DNA of 64,000 nt from Escherichia coli. GTDB lineage: Bacteria; Pseudomonadota; Gammaproteobacteria; Enterobacterales; Enterobacteriaceae. A model generated the notes under the pieces. The model was given only the letters and a program-made list of their open reading frames with translations, ran no database searches and was not told the DNA's origin. The stretch lies in NCBI RefSeq assembly GCF_048403405.1, contig NZ_CP183129.1, one strand, 5' to 3'. Position 1 is the stretch's first letter. Every line of letters starts with the position of its first letter. Below, piece by piece: positions 35,174 to 47,238 of this stretch. A program made the position numbers and the translations under genes.

Positions 35174-35887
35174 ATGCAAAAGCAAGCTGAGTTGTATCGT
35201 GGTAAAGCGAAAACCGTATACAGCACGGAAAACCCGGACCTGTTGGTGCTCGAATTCCGCAATGATACGTCAGCAGGGGATGGCGCGCGCATTGAGCAGT
35301 TTGATCGCAAAGGTATGGTGAACAACAAGTTCAACTACTTCATTATGAGCAAACTGGCTGAAGCGGGTATCCCGACTCAAATGGAGCGTCTGCTCTCCGA
35401 TACCGAATGTCTGGTCAAAAAGCTGGATATGGTGCCGGTTGAGTGTGTCGTGCGTAACCGTGCTGCTGGCTCTCTGGTGAAACGTCTTGGAATCGAAGAA
35501 GGTATTGAGCTGAACCCGCCGCTGTTCGATCTGTTCCTGAAAAACGACGCCATGCACGATCCGATGGTCAACGAATCTTACTGCGAAACCTTTGGCTGGG
35601 TGAGCAAAGAGAACCTGGCGCGTATGAAAGAGCTGACCTACAAAGCGAACGACGTGCTGAAAAAACTGTTCGATGATGCTGGTCTGATTTTGGTCGACTT
35701 TAAACTGGAGTTTGGCCTGTACAAAGGTGAAGTGGTACTGGGCGATGAGTTCTCCCCGGACGGCAGCCGCCTGTGGGACAAAGAAACGCTGGAGAAAATG
35801 GACAAAGACCGTTTCCGCCAGAGCCTCGGTGGCCTGATCGAGGCCTATGAAGCCGTCGCCCGCCGCCTGGGTGTACAGCTGGACTGA
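35174..35887 (+). CDS. purC: phosphoribosylaminoimidazole-succinocarboxamide synthase (SAICAR synthetase)
   Basis: Track ORF 35165..35887 trimmed to the ATG at codon 4 ([20 protein letters not shown], 237 aa). Confidence 0.95.
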
Positions 35888-36054
35888 TTTTTCTGCTCAT
35901 CATCTTGCCGTGCAGCTGGCACGGCAAGACAACCGCTCTCGGAAGATGTGCATTGAACGCTCATTCCTCCGCCATTTCATCCCGCTTTCCTGTGGTAATC
36001 TTCCTCTGAACCACCTACGATCATTTCTATAATGAATATATTGTTGAGGTATCT

Positions 36055-36918
36055 ATGCGTTGGCAAGGGCGACGTGAAAGTGACAATGTTGAAGACAGGC
36101 GCAACAGCTCTGGTGGTCCGTCAATGGGCGGTCCAGGTTTTCGCCTGCCAAGCGGTAAAGGCGGGCTGATTTTACTGATAGTCGTGCTGGTTGCAGGTTA
36201 CTATGGCGTTGATTTAACCGGGTTGATGACCGGACAGCCGGTTTCCCAACAGCAATCAACACGGTCAATTAGTCCTAATGAAGACGAAGCCGCAAAATTC
36301 ACTTCGGTGATTCTGGCAACCACGGAAGACACCTGGGGACAGCAATTCGAGAAGATGGGTAAAACCTATCAGCAACCGAAGCTGGTCATGTACCGTGGAA
36401 TGACGCGCACCGGCTGCGGGGCGGGCCAGTCCATTATGGGACCGTTCTATTGCCCGGCGGATGGCACGGTTTATATCGATCTCTCCTTCTATGATGACAT
36501 GAAAGACAAACTTGGCGCGGATGGCGATTTTGCCCAGGGGTACGTTATCGCCCATGAAGTCGGTCATCATGTGCAGAAACTGTTAGGCATCGAGCCGAAA
36601 GTTCGTCAACTGCAACAAAACGCGACGCAGGCGGAAGTGAACCGCTTATCTGTGCGTATGGAACTCCAGGCCGACTGTTTTGCTGGTGTCTGGGGGCATA
36701 GTATGCAGCAGCAAGGCGTTCTGGAAACCGGCGATCTGGAAGAGGCGCTGAACGCGGCGCAGGCCATCGGCGATGACCGTTTACAACAGCAAAGTCAGGG
36801 GCGAGTAGTACCAGACAGTTTCACTCATGGCACTTCTCAGCAACGCTACAGCTGGTTTAAACGTGGTTTCGACAGCGGCGATCCGGCACAATGCAATACT
36901 TTTGGTAAAAGCATTTAA
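36055..36918 (+). CDS. ypfJ: putative zinc metallopeptidase-like protein YpfJ
   Basis: 287-aa track ORF. N-terminal TM. HExxH motif (AHEVGHHVQ). Confidence 0.9.
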
Positions 36919-36932
36919 CTTCCGGGGCAGGG

Positions 36933-38948
36933 ATGGCTGAACTAACTGCGCTTCACACATTAACAGCGCAAATGAAACGTGAAGGGATCCGCCGCTTGCT
37001 GGTGTTGAGCGGGGAAGAGGGTTGGTGTTTTGATCATGCGCTTAAGTTGCGTGATGCCTTACCTGGCGACTGGCTGTGGATTTCGCCGCAGCCAGATGCT
37101 GAAAACCACTGTTCACCCTCGGCGCTACAAACTTTACTTGGGCGCGAGTTCCGGCATGCGGTATTCGACGCCCGCCACGGCTTTGATGCCGCTGCCTTTG
37201 CGGCACTTAGCGGAACGTTGAAAGCGGGAAGTTGGCTGGTTTTGTTACTCCCTGTATGGGAAGAGTGGGAAAACCAACCTGATGCCGACTCGCTGCGCTG
37301 GAGTGATTGCCCTGACCCTATTGCGACGCCGCATTTTGTCCAGCATCTCAAACGCGTACTTACGGCGGATAACGACGCTATTCTCTGGCGGCAAAACCAG
37401 CCGTTCTCGTTGGCGCATTTTACTCCCCGTACTGACTGGCACCCCGCGACCGGCGCACCACAACCAGAACAACAGCAACTCTTACAGCAGCTACTGACCA
37501 TGCCGCCGGGCGTGGCAGCGGTAACTGCTGCGCGTGGGCGCGGTAAATCGGCGTTGGCAGGGCAACTCATTTCTCGTATTGCGGGCAGTGCGATTGTCAC
37601 CGCGCCCGCAAAAGCGGCAACGGATGTACTGGCACAATTTGCGGGCGAGAAGTTTCGCTTTATTGCGCCGGATGCCTTGTTAGCCAGCGATGAGCAAGCC
37701 GACTGGCTGGTGGTCGATGAAGCCGCAGCTATACCTGCGCCGTTGTTGCATCAACTGGTATCGCGTTTTCCTCGAACGTTGTTAACCACTACGGTGCAGG
37801 GCTACGAAGGCACCGGACGTGGTTTTTTGCTGAAATTTTGCGCTCGCTTTCCGCATTTACACCGTTTTGAACTACAACAGCCGATCCGCTGGGCGCAGGG
37901 ATGCCCGCTGGAAAAAATGGTTAGTGAGGCACTGGTGTTTGACGATGAAAACTTCACCCATACACCACAAGGCAATATCGTCATTGCCGCATTTGAACAG
38001 ACGTTATGGCGAAGTGAGCCAGAAACGCCGTTAAAGGTTTATCAGCTATTGTCTGGTGCGCACTACCGGACCTCGCCGCTGGATTTACGCCGCATGATGG
38101 ATGCACCAGGGCAACATTTTTTACAGGCGGCTGGCGACAACGAGATTGCCGGGGCGCTGTGGCTGGTGGATGAGGGGGGATTATCTCAACAACTCAGTCA
38201 GGCGGTATGGGCGGGTTTTCGTCGCCCGCGGGGTAATCTGGTGGCTCAGTCGCTGGCGGCGCACGGCAGCAATCCTCTGGCGGCGACATTGCGCGGACGG
38301 CGGGTCAGCCGGATAGCAGTTCATCCGGCTCGTCAGCGGGAAGGCACAGGGCGGCAACTTATTGCTGGTGCTTTGCAATATACGCGTGACCTCGACTATC
38401 TTTCGGTGAGTTTTGGTTACACCGGGGAGTTATGGCGTTTCTGGCAACGCTGCGGTTTTGTGCTGGTGCGAATGGGTAATCATCGTGAAGCCAGCAGCGG
38501 TTGCTATACGGCGATGGCGTTGTTACCGATGAGTGATGCGGGTAAACAGCTGGCTGAACGTGAGCATTACCGTTTACGTCGCGATGCGCAAGCTCTCGCG
38601 CAGTGGAATGGCGAAACGCTCCCTGTTGATCCACTAAACGATGCCGTCCTTTCTGACGACGACTGGCTTGAACTGGCCGGTTTTGCTTTCGCTCATCGTC
38701 CGCTATTAACGTCGTTAGGTTGCTTAATGCGTCTGTTACAAACCAGCGAACTGGCATTACCGGCGCTGCGTGGGCGTTTACAGAAAAACGCCAGTGACGC
38801 GCAGTTATGTACCACACTTAAACTTTCAGGCCGTAAGCTGTTACTGGTCCGTCAACGCGAAGAAGCCGCGCAGGCGCTGTTCGCACTTAATTATGTTCGC
38901 ACTGAGCGTCTGCGCGATCGCATAACGCAATGGCAATTTTTTCACTGA
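36933..38948 (+). CDS. tmcA: tRNA(Met) cytidine acetyltransferase TmcA
   Basis: 671-aa track ORF with helicase-like P-loop (GRGKS) and GNAT acetyltransferase segments. Confidence 0.93.
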   Translation: MAELTALHTLTAQMKREGIRRLLVLSGEEGWCFDHALKLRDALPGDWLWISPQPDAENHCSPSALQTLLGREFRHAVFDARHGFDAAAFAALSGTLKAGSWLVLLLPVWEEWENQPDADSLRWSDCPDPIATPHFVQHLKRVLTADNDAILWRQNQPFSLAHFTPRTDWHPATGAPQPEQQQLLQQLLTMPPGVAAVTAARGRGKSALAGQLISRIAGSAIVTAPAKAATDVLAQFAGEKFRFIAPDALLASDEQADWLVVDEAAAIPAPLLHQLVSRFPRTLLTTTVQGYEGTGRGFLLKFCARFPHLHRFELQQPIRWAQGCPLEKMVSEALVFDDENFTHTPQGNIVIAAFEQTLWRSEPETPLKVYQLLSGAHYRTSPLDLRRMMDAPGQHFLQAAGDNEIAGALWLVDEGGLSQQLSQAVWAGFRRPRGNLVAQSLAAHGSNPLAATLRGRRVSRIAVHPARQREGTGRQLIAGALQYTRDLDYLSVSFGYTGELWRFWQRCGFVLVRMGNHREASSGCYTAMALLPMSDAGKQLAEREHYRLRRDAQALAQWNGETLPVDPLNDAVLSDDDWLELAGFAFAHRPLLTSLGCLMRLLQTSELALPALRGRLQKNASDAQLCTTLKLSGRKLLLVRQREEAAQALFALNYVRTERLRDRITQWQFFH

Positions 38949-39021
38949 CTCCTTCAATTTTCTCCCATGGTCATTGTGAGTCAGCGGCGTAAAATTAATG
39001 ACATCAGTTAAGGAGTTCGCC

Positions 39022-39720
39022 ATGAAACATGACCATTTTGTTGTTCAAAGCCCGGATAAACCTGCGCAACAGTTGTTACTGCTTTTCCACGGTGTCGGGG
39101 ATAACCCGGTGGCAATGGGGGAAATAGGTAGCTGGTTTGCACCGCTGTTTCCTGATGCGCTGGTGGTGAGTGTCGGTGGCGTGGAGCCGAGCGGTAATCC
39201 GGCGGGGCGTCAGTGGTTTTCGGTGCAGGGTATTACGGAAGATAATCGCCAGGCACGTGTGGATGCCATCATGCCGACGTTTATTGAAACGGTGCGCTAC
39301 TGGCAGAAACAGAGCGGAGTAGGGGCTAACGCCACGGCGCTAATCGGTTTCTCACAAGGCGCGATTATGGCGCTGGAGAGCATTAAAGCCGAACCGGGCC
39401 TTGCTTCGCGCGTCATTGCCTTCAACGGACGCTACGCGAGCCTGCCGGAAACCGCGTCTACAGCCACGACAATTCACCTGATTCATGGCGGTGAAGATCC
39501 TGTTATCGATCTGGCGCATGCGGTTGCGGCGCAGGAAGCGTTAATCAGTGCCGGTGGTGATGTGACGCTGGATATCGTGGAGGATTTAGGCCATGCGATC
39601 GACAATCGCAGTATGCAATTTGCCCTGGATCACTTGCGTTATACCATTCCGAAACATTATTTCGACGAAGCGCTAAGTGGCGGTAAGCCTGGCGATGATG
39701 ATGTGATTGAAATGATGTAA
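39022..39720 (+). CDS. ypfH: esterase YpfH (alpha/beta hydrolase)
   Basis: Track ORF 38998..39720 trimmed to Met 9 (MKHDHFVVQSPDKPAQQ). GFSQG nucleophile-elbow motif. Confidence 0.9.
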   Translation: MKHDHFVVQSPDKPAQQLLLLFHGVGDNPVAMGEIGSWFAPLFPDALVVSVGGVEPSGNPAGRQWFSVQGITEDNRQARVDAIMPTFIETVRYWQKQSGVGANATALIGFSQGAIMALESIKAEPGLASRVIAFNGRYASLPETASTATTIHLIHGGEDPVIDLAHAVAAQEALISAGGDVTLDIVEDLGHAIDNRSMQFALDHLRYTIPKHYFDEALSGGKPGDDDVIEMM

Positions 39721-39725
39721 TAATA

Positions 39726-39793
39726 GCCGGGTAGGCCTGATAAGACCGTATCAGGCATCATGGCCGGATGCGGCGTTAACGCCTTATCCGGCC
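39726..39793. repeat. pair of REP elements (BIME-like) between ypfH and ypfN
   Basis: GGCCTGATAAGACCGTATCAGGC and GGCCGGATGCGGCGTTAACGCCTTATCCGGCC palindromes. Confidence 0.6.
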
Positions 39794-39800
39794 ACTCAGC

Positions 39801-40001
39801 TTACTTCTTCGGTTGATCCTTTTTCGGCCAGTCGTCGTCATCGTCCCACTTATCGTTGAAATCACGATGCGGGGGAAGCTCCGGCTTGTTGGCGAGAAAT
39901 TTCTTATGGTCGACGCGCTTGAGATCTTTAATCACGTTCAGCAGGACGCCTACCAAAAAGACAATCACCAGAATCCACCAATATTTAGCCAGCCAGTCCA
40001 T
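39801..40001 (-). CDS. ypfN: small membrane protein YpfN (UPF0370)
   Basis: Track ORF 39801..40025 trimmed to Met 9 ([21 protein letters not shown], 66 aa). Confidence 0.85.
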
Positions 40002-40028
40002 GCTTATTTCCTCTTGCAGAACCACTCA

Positions 40029-41156
40029 TCAGGCGACGAGCTGTTCCATGATACGTTGATACATACGGGCAAGTAGCTGCAGGTCGGCAGCGTTCACACA
40101 TTCATTAATTTTATGAATAGTGGCATTGACCGGCCCGAGTTCCACCACCTGCGCCCCCATGCGGGCAATAAAGCGCCCGTCGGACGTTCCGCCTGTGGTC
40201 AGTAGCTGCGGTTTAATTTCATTATAGTGCTCAACCGCGTTAACGACCGCATCCACCAGTTTACCGCGCGCGGTCAAAAATGGCTGCCCGGAAAGCCACC
40301 ATTCCACCGTATAACGCAGTTGATGTTTTTCAAGCAGGGCAAGTACCTGCGCTTTGATCATCTCATCAGTCAGTTCGGTGCTGAAGCGGAAGTTAAACTG
40401 CACAAACAGTTCACCCGGAATAACGTTGTTACTGCCCGTTCCCGCCTGAATATTGGCAATCTGCATACTGGTCGCCGGGAAGAATTCATTGCCCTGATCC
40501 CACTCAATAGCCACTAATTCATTAAGGAAAGGTGCTGCGCGATGTACCGGATTGTCAGCCAGATGTGGGTAGGCAACATGCCCCTGCACGCCATGAATGG
40601 TGAGGTTGCAGGTTAACGATCCGCGACGACCATTTTTCACCACATCACCTACCACTTCGATACTCGACGGTTCGCCAACCAGGCAGTAATCGAGACGCTC
40701 ATTACGTGCCATCAACGCTTCGACGACTTTTACCGTACCGTTATGGGCACTGGCTTCTTCATCAGAAGTGATCAGAAATGCCAGTCGACCTGCATGGTTG
40801 GGATGTTGTGCGACAAAGCGTTCTGCCGCTACCACCATCGCTGCCAGCGAGCCTTTCATATCTGCCGCACCGCGCCCGAATAACATGCCATCACGAATGG
40901 TGGGTTCAAACGGCGGATTGATCCAACGATCGGCGTCGCCAGGCGGCACCACGTCGGTATGCCCGGCAAAGGCCAACGTTTCACCTTGCCCACGCCATGC
41001 CCAAAAATTCTGCGTATCGGCAAAATCCATGCGTTCAACGGTAAAACCGATCGCCTGCAAACGTTCAATCAACAAAGCCTGACATCCTGCGTCATCAGGA
41101 CTCAGGGAAGGGCGGCGAATAAGCTGTTGTGTCAGCTCAATAACCGGGCACGACAT
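40029..41156 (-). CDS. dapE: succinyl-diaminopimelate desuccinylase
   Basis: 375-aa track ORF ([26 protein letters not shown]). M20 peptidase family. Confidence 0.95.
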   Translation of the reverse strand: MSCPVIELTQQLIRRPSLSPDDAGCQALLIERLQAIGFTVERMDFADTQNFWAWRGQGETLAFAGHTDVVPPGDADRWINPPFEPTIRDGMLFGRGAADMKGSLAAMVVAAERFVAQHPNHAGRLAFLITSDEEASAHNGTVKVVEALMARNERLDYCLVGEPSSIEVVGDVVKNGRRGSLTCNLTIHGVQGHVAYPHLADNPVHRAAPFLNELVAIEWDQGNEFFPATSMQIANIQAGTGSNNVIPGELFVQFNFRFSTELTDEMIKAQVLALLEKHQLRYTVEWWLSGQPFLTARGKLVDAVVNAVEHYNEIKPQLLTTGGTSDGRFIARMGAQVVELGPVNATIHKINECVNAADLQLLARMYQRIMEQLVA

Positions 41157-41159
41157 AGA

Positions 41160-41534
<375 letters not shown>

Positions 41535-41897
41535 TTATGAGAATAAATACTCATTTAAGGGTGAAAACATTTTGCCTGCAAATGATTATCAGGAAATATA
41601 ACATTATCGAAGTATTCAAATTAACAACTATTAAATAATATTAAACATTTTTAACGTAAACATTAAGAATATTCATCTTGTTATCTGTCTGTATTTTAAC
41701 CAGAATTAAATCAGTATTAGATGCCGTATGAATATCTCGAAATGTTGCTGTGTATCACATACAAATCATCACCGCAGGACCATAGTATTTACATAAGATT
41801 TGTCCCCCCGGAGGTAGTCATCGCAGCAATCGAGTAAATTAGCTTCACCACGGTATATTGTTTCCGTAGAATACCCATAATTATAAGAGAGGTTGTT

Positions 41898-41957
41898 ATG
41901 ATTGAACGTGAACTGGGGAACTGGAAAGACTTTATCGAAGTTATGCTTCGTAAGTAA
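41898..41957 (+). CDS. ypfM: small protein YpfM (19 aa)
   Basis: ATG at 41898 preceded by GAGAGG. Translation MIERELGNWKDFIEVMLRK matches the small protein YpfM as I recall it. Too short for the ORF track. Confidence 0.65.
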   Translation: MIERELGNWKDFIEVMLRK

Positions 41958-42016
41958 TTCCTGAGACAAAGTACAAAAAGCAAGAACCTGCTGAGCAAGT
42001 TCTTAATCGGAAAGTT

Positions 42017-42050
42017 GAAAAAGGCGACACATTGGCATGTCGCCTTTTTT
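42017..42050. terminator. bidirectional rho-independent terminator between ypfM and acrD
   Basis: GGCGACA-cattggca-TGTCGCC hairpin flanked by A5 upstream and T6 downstream. Abuts the acrD stop. Confidence 0.6.
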
Positions 42051-42055
42051 ATTGC

Positions 42056-45000
42056 TTATTCCGGGCGCGGCTTCAGCGGGAAGCGGCGGCGCACCAGCAC
42101 AAAGAACAGCGGCACGAAGTAAATAGCCAGAATAGTGGCCGAAATCATCCCGCCCATTACGCCAGTACCCACCGCATGCTGACCACCGGAACCGGCACCC
42201 GTGCTGGTTGCCATTGGCAATACGCCGAAGATAAATGCCAGCGAGGTCATCAGAATCGGGCGTAAACGCTGACGGCAGGCGTGGAGCGTCGCTTCAAACA
42301 GGTCGTGGCCTTTTTGGTTCATCTCGTTAGCAAACTCGACGATCAGGATGGCGTTTTTCGCCGATAAACCAATGACCGTTAACAGGCCCACCTGGAAGTA
42401 AACGTCGTTTTCCAGCCCGCGCATCCAGGTTGCCAGCAGCGCGCCGATAACCCCCAGCGGCACGACCAGCATTACCGAGAACGGCACCGACCAGCTTTCA
42501 TACAGCGCCGCCAGACACAGGAATACCACCAGCAAGGAAATGGCGTACAGCGCCGGAGCCTGCGCGCCGGAAAGCCGCTCCTGATACGACATCTCCGTCC
42601 ACTCCAGACCAAAGCCGTTTGGCAGCTGCTTCACTAACGATTCCATAATATCCATCGCCGTACCAGTACTGACCCCCGGTGCGGCTTCCCCGACAATCTC
42701 TACCGCAGAATAACCGTTATAGCGTTCCAGACGCGGCGAGCCTGTTTCCCAGCGTGAGGTCGCGAAAGCAGAGAAGGGCACCATGCCGCCATCTTTATTT
42801 CGGACATACCAGAGATTAATGTCATCTGGCAGCATGCGATACGGCGCAGCTGCCTGCACATAGACTTTCTTCACGCGACCGCGATCCATAAAGTCATTCA
42901 CATAGCTCGAACCCCAGGCGGTTTGCAGTGTGTCGTTAATATCGTCGATAGCAACGCCCAGCGCCTGAGCTTTACGCTGGTCGATATCAATCTGCAACTG
43001 CGGACTGTCGTCGAGGCCGTTATGGCGCACACGGGTTAGCTCCGGGTTTTCCGCCGCCAGCGCCAGCAACTGGTTACGTGCTGCCATCAGCGCATCGTGA
43101 CCTGCTCCAGCGTGGTCCTGCAACTCCATATCAAAACCCGCAGAACTGCCAAGACCGCTAATTGCTGGCGGGCTGCTGGCGATAACGCGAGCTTCTTTAA
43201 TCTTGTTAAACGCCTTCGTTGCACGCTCGATAATGGCAAACGAGGTGCCGGTCTTACTGTCGCGTTCGCTCCAGTCTTTCAGGCGGATAAACATTCGCGC
43301 CACGTTTTGCCCGTTACCCCCAGGGCCAGAACCAACAGTGGCAAACACCGACATGATGTTGTCTTTTTCATGGGTGAAGTAATATTTCTCGATTTGCTCA
43401 ACGACTTTCAGGGTCTGTTGTTGGGTTGAACCGCTGGGCAATTGTACCGAGGTAGTAAACATGCCACGGTCTTCCAGCGGTAAGAACGACGTCGGCAAAC
43501 GCAGGAACAGGAACACCATGCCGCCAAGCAGCAGGACATAAATCACAATCCAGCGCAGGCTGCGGTGGAGAATTTTCGCCACCCCTTTTTCGTAGCGTTC
43601 GGCGTTGCGGTTAAACATCTGGTTAAACCAGGCAAAAAAGCCTTTTTGCCCGTGATGCTCACCCTTTTTCAGTGGCTTAAGTAGCGTGGCACACAGAGCC
43701 GGAGTGAGGATCATCGCTACCAGTACTGACAGCACCATCGCCGCAACAATGGTAATAGAGAACTGGCGATAGATGGCACCGGTGGTGCCGCCGAAGAAGG
43801 CCATTGGTACAAATACCGCCGAAAGCACCATCGCAATCCCGACCAGTGCCCCCTGGATCTGCCCCATCGATTTACGTGTGGCTTCGCGAGGAGTGAGTCC
43901 TTCCTCACTCATAATACGTTCGACGTTTTCCACCACCACGATGGCGTCATCCACCAGCAGACCGATCGCCAGTACCATTGCGAACATGGTTAAGGTGTTG
44001 ACGCTGTAACCGAAGGCGTAAAGTACGGAGAAGGTTCCCATCAACACCACCGGCACGGCGATAGTGGGTATCAGCGTGGCGCGGAAGTTTTGCAGGAACA
44101 GATACATAACGAGGAAAACCAGAGCGATAGCTTCCAGCAGCGTTTTCACCACGTCTTCAATGGAGGCTTTAACAAACGAGGTGGTTTCATACGCCACCTT
44201 GTATTCCAGTCCGTGCGGGAAATACTGCGCCAGCTCGTCGAGACGATTGAGCACCAGCTCCGCTGTCGCCATTTCGTTCGCGCCGGAGGCCAGTTTTACC
44301 CCCAACCCGGAGGCTGGCTTACCATTGAAGCGGCTAAGATAATCGTATTTCTCCGCCCCCATTTCGACGGTGGCGACATCGCCCAGCCTTACCTCTGAGC
44401 CGTCCTGATTCACCCGCAAGGTGATATCGCGGAACTGTTCTGGTGTTTGCAGCAGTGACTGGGCGTTAATGGTGGCGTTGAGCGCCTGCTTATCGACGGA
44501 AGGCGTACCACCAAGTTGCCCAACCGCAATCTGCGCGTTCTGTGACTCAATGGCATCAGTGACATCTTTAGCCGTCATCTGGAAACTGTTGAGTTTCGCC
44601 GGGTCCAGCCAGATACGCATGGAATATTGCGAACCATAGGCATCGATATCCCCAACGCCATTCACGCGGCTTAACGGATCCTGAATATTACTGGCAACGT
44701 AATCGGCAATATCCTGTTTATCCATCGAACCATCGGTAGAGACGAAGGCAATGGTCAGAATGTTGGTATCGCCGGTTTTACGCACCGTCACGCCCTGATT
44801 TTGCACTGCCTGCGGTAACTTTCGCATGGCAGATTGCAGCTGGTTTTGTACTTGCTGCACGGCTTCGTCCGGATCGGTGCCTGCTTTAAAACTTAAAGTG
44901 ACAGATGCCTGACCGGTGCCGCTGCTCTGAGATGACATATACATCAGATTATCGAGACCGGTCATATTTTGCTCGATAACCTGGGTCACGGTGTTTTCCA

Positions 45001-45169
45001 GCGTCTGGGCCGATGCGCCGGGATAGTTAGCGGTCACTCGCACATTCGGTGGCGCGAGATCGGGGTATTGTTCAACGGGCAATGAAAAAATCGCCAGGGT
45101 CCCTGTCAGACACAACAGGATTGCCAGCACCCAGGCAAAAATGGGGCGATCAATAAAGAAATTCGCCAT
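42056..45169 (-). CDS. acrD: RND-family multidrug efflux pump AcrD (aminoglycoside efflux)
   Basis: 1037-aa track ORF ([23 protein letters not shown]). AcrB-like architecture. Confidence 0.95.
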   Translation of the reverse strand: MANFFIDRPIFAWVLAILLCLTGTLAIFSLPVEQYPDLAPPNVRVTANYPGASAQTLENTVTQVIEQNMTGLDNLMYMSSQSSGTGQASVTLSFKAGTDPDEAVQQVQNQLQSAMRKLPQAVQNQGVTVRKTGDTNILTIAFVSTDGSMDKQDIADYVASNIQDPLSRVNGVGDIDAYGSQYSMRIWLDPAKLNSFQMTAKDVTDAIESQNAQIAVGQLGGTPSVDKQALNATINAQSLLQTPEQFRDITLRVNQDGSEVRLGDVATVEMGAEKYDYLSRFNGKPASGLGVKLASGANEMATAELVLNRLDELAQYFPHGLEYKVAYETTSFVKASIEDVVKTLLEAIALVFLVMYLFLQNFRATLIPTIAVPVVLMGTFSVLYAFGYSVNTLTMFAMVLAIGLLVDDAIVVVENVERIMSEEGLTPREATRKSMGQIQGALVGIAMVLSAVFVPMAFFGGTTGAIYRQFSITIVAAMVLSVLVAMILTPALCATLLKPLKKGEHHGQKGFFAWFNQMFNRNAERYEKGVAKILHRSLRWIVIYVLLLGGMVFLFLRLPTSFLPLEDRGMFTTSVQLPSGSTQQQTLKVVEQIEKYYFTHEKDNIMSVFATVGSGPGGNGQNVARMFIRLKDWSERDSKTGTSFAIIERATKAFNKIKEARVIASSPPAISGLGSSAGFDMELQDHAGAGHDALMAARNQLLALAAENPELTRVRHNGLDDSPQLQIDIDQRKAQALGVAIDDINDTLQTAWGSSYVNDFMDRGRVKKVYVQAAAPYRMLPDDINLWYVRNKDGGMVPFSAFATSRWETGSPRLERYNGYSAVEIVGEAAPGVSTGTAMDIMESLVKQLPNGFGLEWTEMSYQERLSGAQAPALYAISLLVVFLCLAALYESWSVPFSVMLVVPLGVIGALLATWMRGLENDVYFQVGLLTVIGLSAKNAILIVEFANEMNQKGHDLFEATLHACRQRLRPILMTSLAFIFGVLPMATSTGAGSGGQHAVGTGVMGGMISATILAIYFVPLFFVLVRRRFPLKPRPE

Positions 45170-45332
45170 TAAAAGAGGACCTCGTGTTTCTGCGTATCGT
45201 TGTAGGCTTGACTTGCTTCACTGTAGCGGCAAGGTACGAGCCAATCGTGGAGAAAAAAAGGAGTTAATGTAAATTATCATGCCCTTTTATACTGAACCTT
45301 AAGTGCCAGTATTCTTTGGTCAGTCGGAGGCA

Positions 45333-47033
45333 TTACATCAGCTGGCTTTCCTCACCCTCCGCGGAGCGAAAGCTAATACTCACTAACGTGCCGCCGCCGG
45401 AAGGTTGCGAAAAAGTCAGCGTCCCACTCAATCTTTCCGCGCGTTCACGCATGATATTCAGACCATAATGGCCTTCGGGTTCTTTCGGTTCACCGATGCC
45501 AATCCCGTTGTCGCGAATATAGACTGTGTGATTGCCATCCGGCGCGGTGACGCAGCTAACGGCGATTTCGCTGGCGTTGGCGTGCTTCATCGCATTCAGC
45601 ACCGCTTCGCGAATAATTTGCAACAAATGCACCTGCATTTGCGCATCCAGCGCCAGGGTTGGCAGACGGCAGTCGAGGGTCAGTTTGGCGCTGGTTTGAT
45701 TTTGTAACGTATCCAGCATTTCCCTCAACGCGGAGGGGAGATCCGCCTGCTGCAGCGTCAGGCGGAAAGTAGTTAACAGCTCGCGTAACTGCCGATAAGC
45801 ATCATTCAACGCCTGGGAAAAATCGGCCATGATACTTTGTGCGGTGGCATTATCTTCCGGTATCGAACGCTTCAGTAACGTCAACTGGATACGTAAGTAA
45901 GAAAGTACCTGAGCCAGCGAGTCGTGCAATTCGCGGGCGATGGTCGCACGTTCTTCCATCAACAATAACTGCTGAAAATGCTTCTGCGCCTGATTAAAGT
46001 ACAAACCGCGTCCCAGCATCGACGAAACGCTATTAAGCAGCGGTTCTGATGATGAAACGTGACTATTTTGCCAGTGCAGTTCGCCGTAAACCGTCTCTTG
46101 CATTGTCACCGGTAAAATCTGCATCGGCAATTCCGGGTTTGGTTGCCCTTCGCTAATCCGCCAGTTTTCACCGACATTTAACTCCAGATATTCAGCCGCT
46201 TCATTGTCGCGAACAATCTGCAAAATATGGCGGAAACAATGCACATCAATCTGGCTGGTGTTCAGCGCCTGCGAACACTGATACAACACCTCCAGACGAC
46301 GCTTGGCCTCGTGGAGATCGCGGGTCTTTTCTTCTACTGACGCCTCCAGCGAACGGTACAATTTATGTAGCTCGCTCGACATCTGGTTAAAGGTTTTTGC
46401 AAGCAGGCCAAGCTCATTCGGCAGGCTGGTATCCAGCGGCGGCGAGTCGAACTGCCCGTGTTCAATACGCTGACTGGCGGTAACCAGCTGATTCAGCGGG
46501 GCAACCACCTGATGGCGTATGCGGCGCAAAGTAAAAAAGACCAGCGTGAAAATACCGATGCCGCCAGCCAGGGAAATTGCCACCACCAGCAGCATTTTGC
46601 GTTCAGCGTAGTGCTGTAAAGCCAGCACGAACAGGTCTATCTGATTAACATAATTATTAATATTGGCCTGATACCACGGCAAGTCGCCCTTGCTGAGCCG
46701 ATTATTCATCTCCAGCCAGTTGGCATTCAGATGCGCATAGCGGGTTTTTACTGCTTCTGGCACATACCAGACGTTGAGATTGGTTAATACCGGTGAATGC
46801 AGTGCCTGCTGAAATAACTGGCGATGTGCATTGAGTTGTGGACTGCCACTTTGCAAGTCGTAGCCCAGGCGGTAACTCTGCATACGCAGCGATCCGGCAA
46901 TATTGATAGCCTCAGCGTCGCGCAAACTGCTCGCCAGAGTTAGCAGAGCGATACCCGTGGAAAGAATCGACAGCAGCACAATGTAAAAAAAGGCCCGGGC
47001 CAGACTGGCCGAGACGGGTCGTTTAACAATCAC
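45333..47033 (-). CDS. narQ: nitrate/nitrite sensor histidine kinase NarQ
   Basis: Track ORF 45333..47048 trimmed to the GTG at codon 6, giving (M)IVKRPVSASLARAFFYIVLL (566 aa). HAMP and HisKA_3 (ELHDSLAQ) motifs. Confidence 0.92.
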   Translation of the reverse strand: MIVKRPVSASLARAFFYIVLLSILSTGIALLTLASSLRDAEAINIAGSLRMQSYRLGYDLQSGSPQLNAHRQLFQQALHSPVLTNLNVWYVPEAVKTRYAHLNANWLEMNNRLSKGDLPWYQANINNYVNQIDLFVLALQHYAERKMLLVVAISLAGGIGIFTLVFFTLRRIRHQVVAPLNQLVTASQRIEHGQFDSPPLDTSLPNELGLLAKTFNQMSSELHKLYRSLEASVEEKTRDLHEAKRRLEVLYQCSQALNTSQIDVHCFRHILQIVRDNEAAEYLELNVGENWRISEGQPNPELPMQILPVTMQETVYGELHWQNSHVSSSEPLLNSVSSMLGRGLYFNQAQKHFQQLLLMEERATIARELHDSLAQVLSYLRIQLTLLKRSIPEDNATAQSIMADFSQALNDAYRQLRELLTTFRLTLQQADLPSALREMLDTLQNQTSAKLTLDCRLPTLALDAQMQVHLLQIIREAVLNAMKHANASEIAVSCVTAPDGNHTVYIRDNGIGIGEPKEPEGHYGLNIMRERAERLSGTLTFSQPSGGGTLVSISFRSAEGEESQLM

Positions 47034-47238
47034 ACGCGTCTTCTCCACAAAAAATCATTAATGTTCCAGTTCGCTGAAACACAATTTAGTCAGTGATGGG
47101 ATTATTTGATCTGCCACAGTTTATAGCGAAATAGTTACTTATTCTGGGCACATGAACATTGCCGATTCCCCTGTAAGTCGGGTAATAACAACACTCATAT
47201 AAAGAATAAGGTTTTTACAACCAAAAAAGAAGGTCGTT

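Noticed and set aside
41769-41998. 66-aa and 69-aa minus-strand ORFs overlapping ypfM
   Set aside because: They lie antisense to the recognised small gene ypfM and extend into the AT-rich intergenic DNA, with no RBS and an implausible composition. The region is flagged as a finding for possible non-coding function instead.
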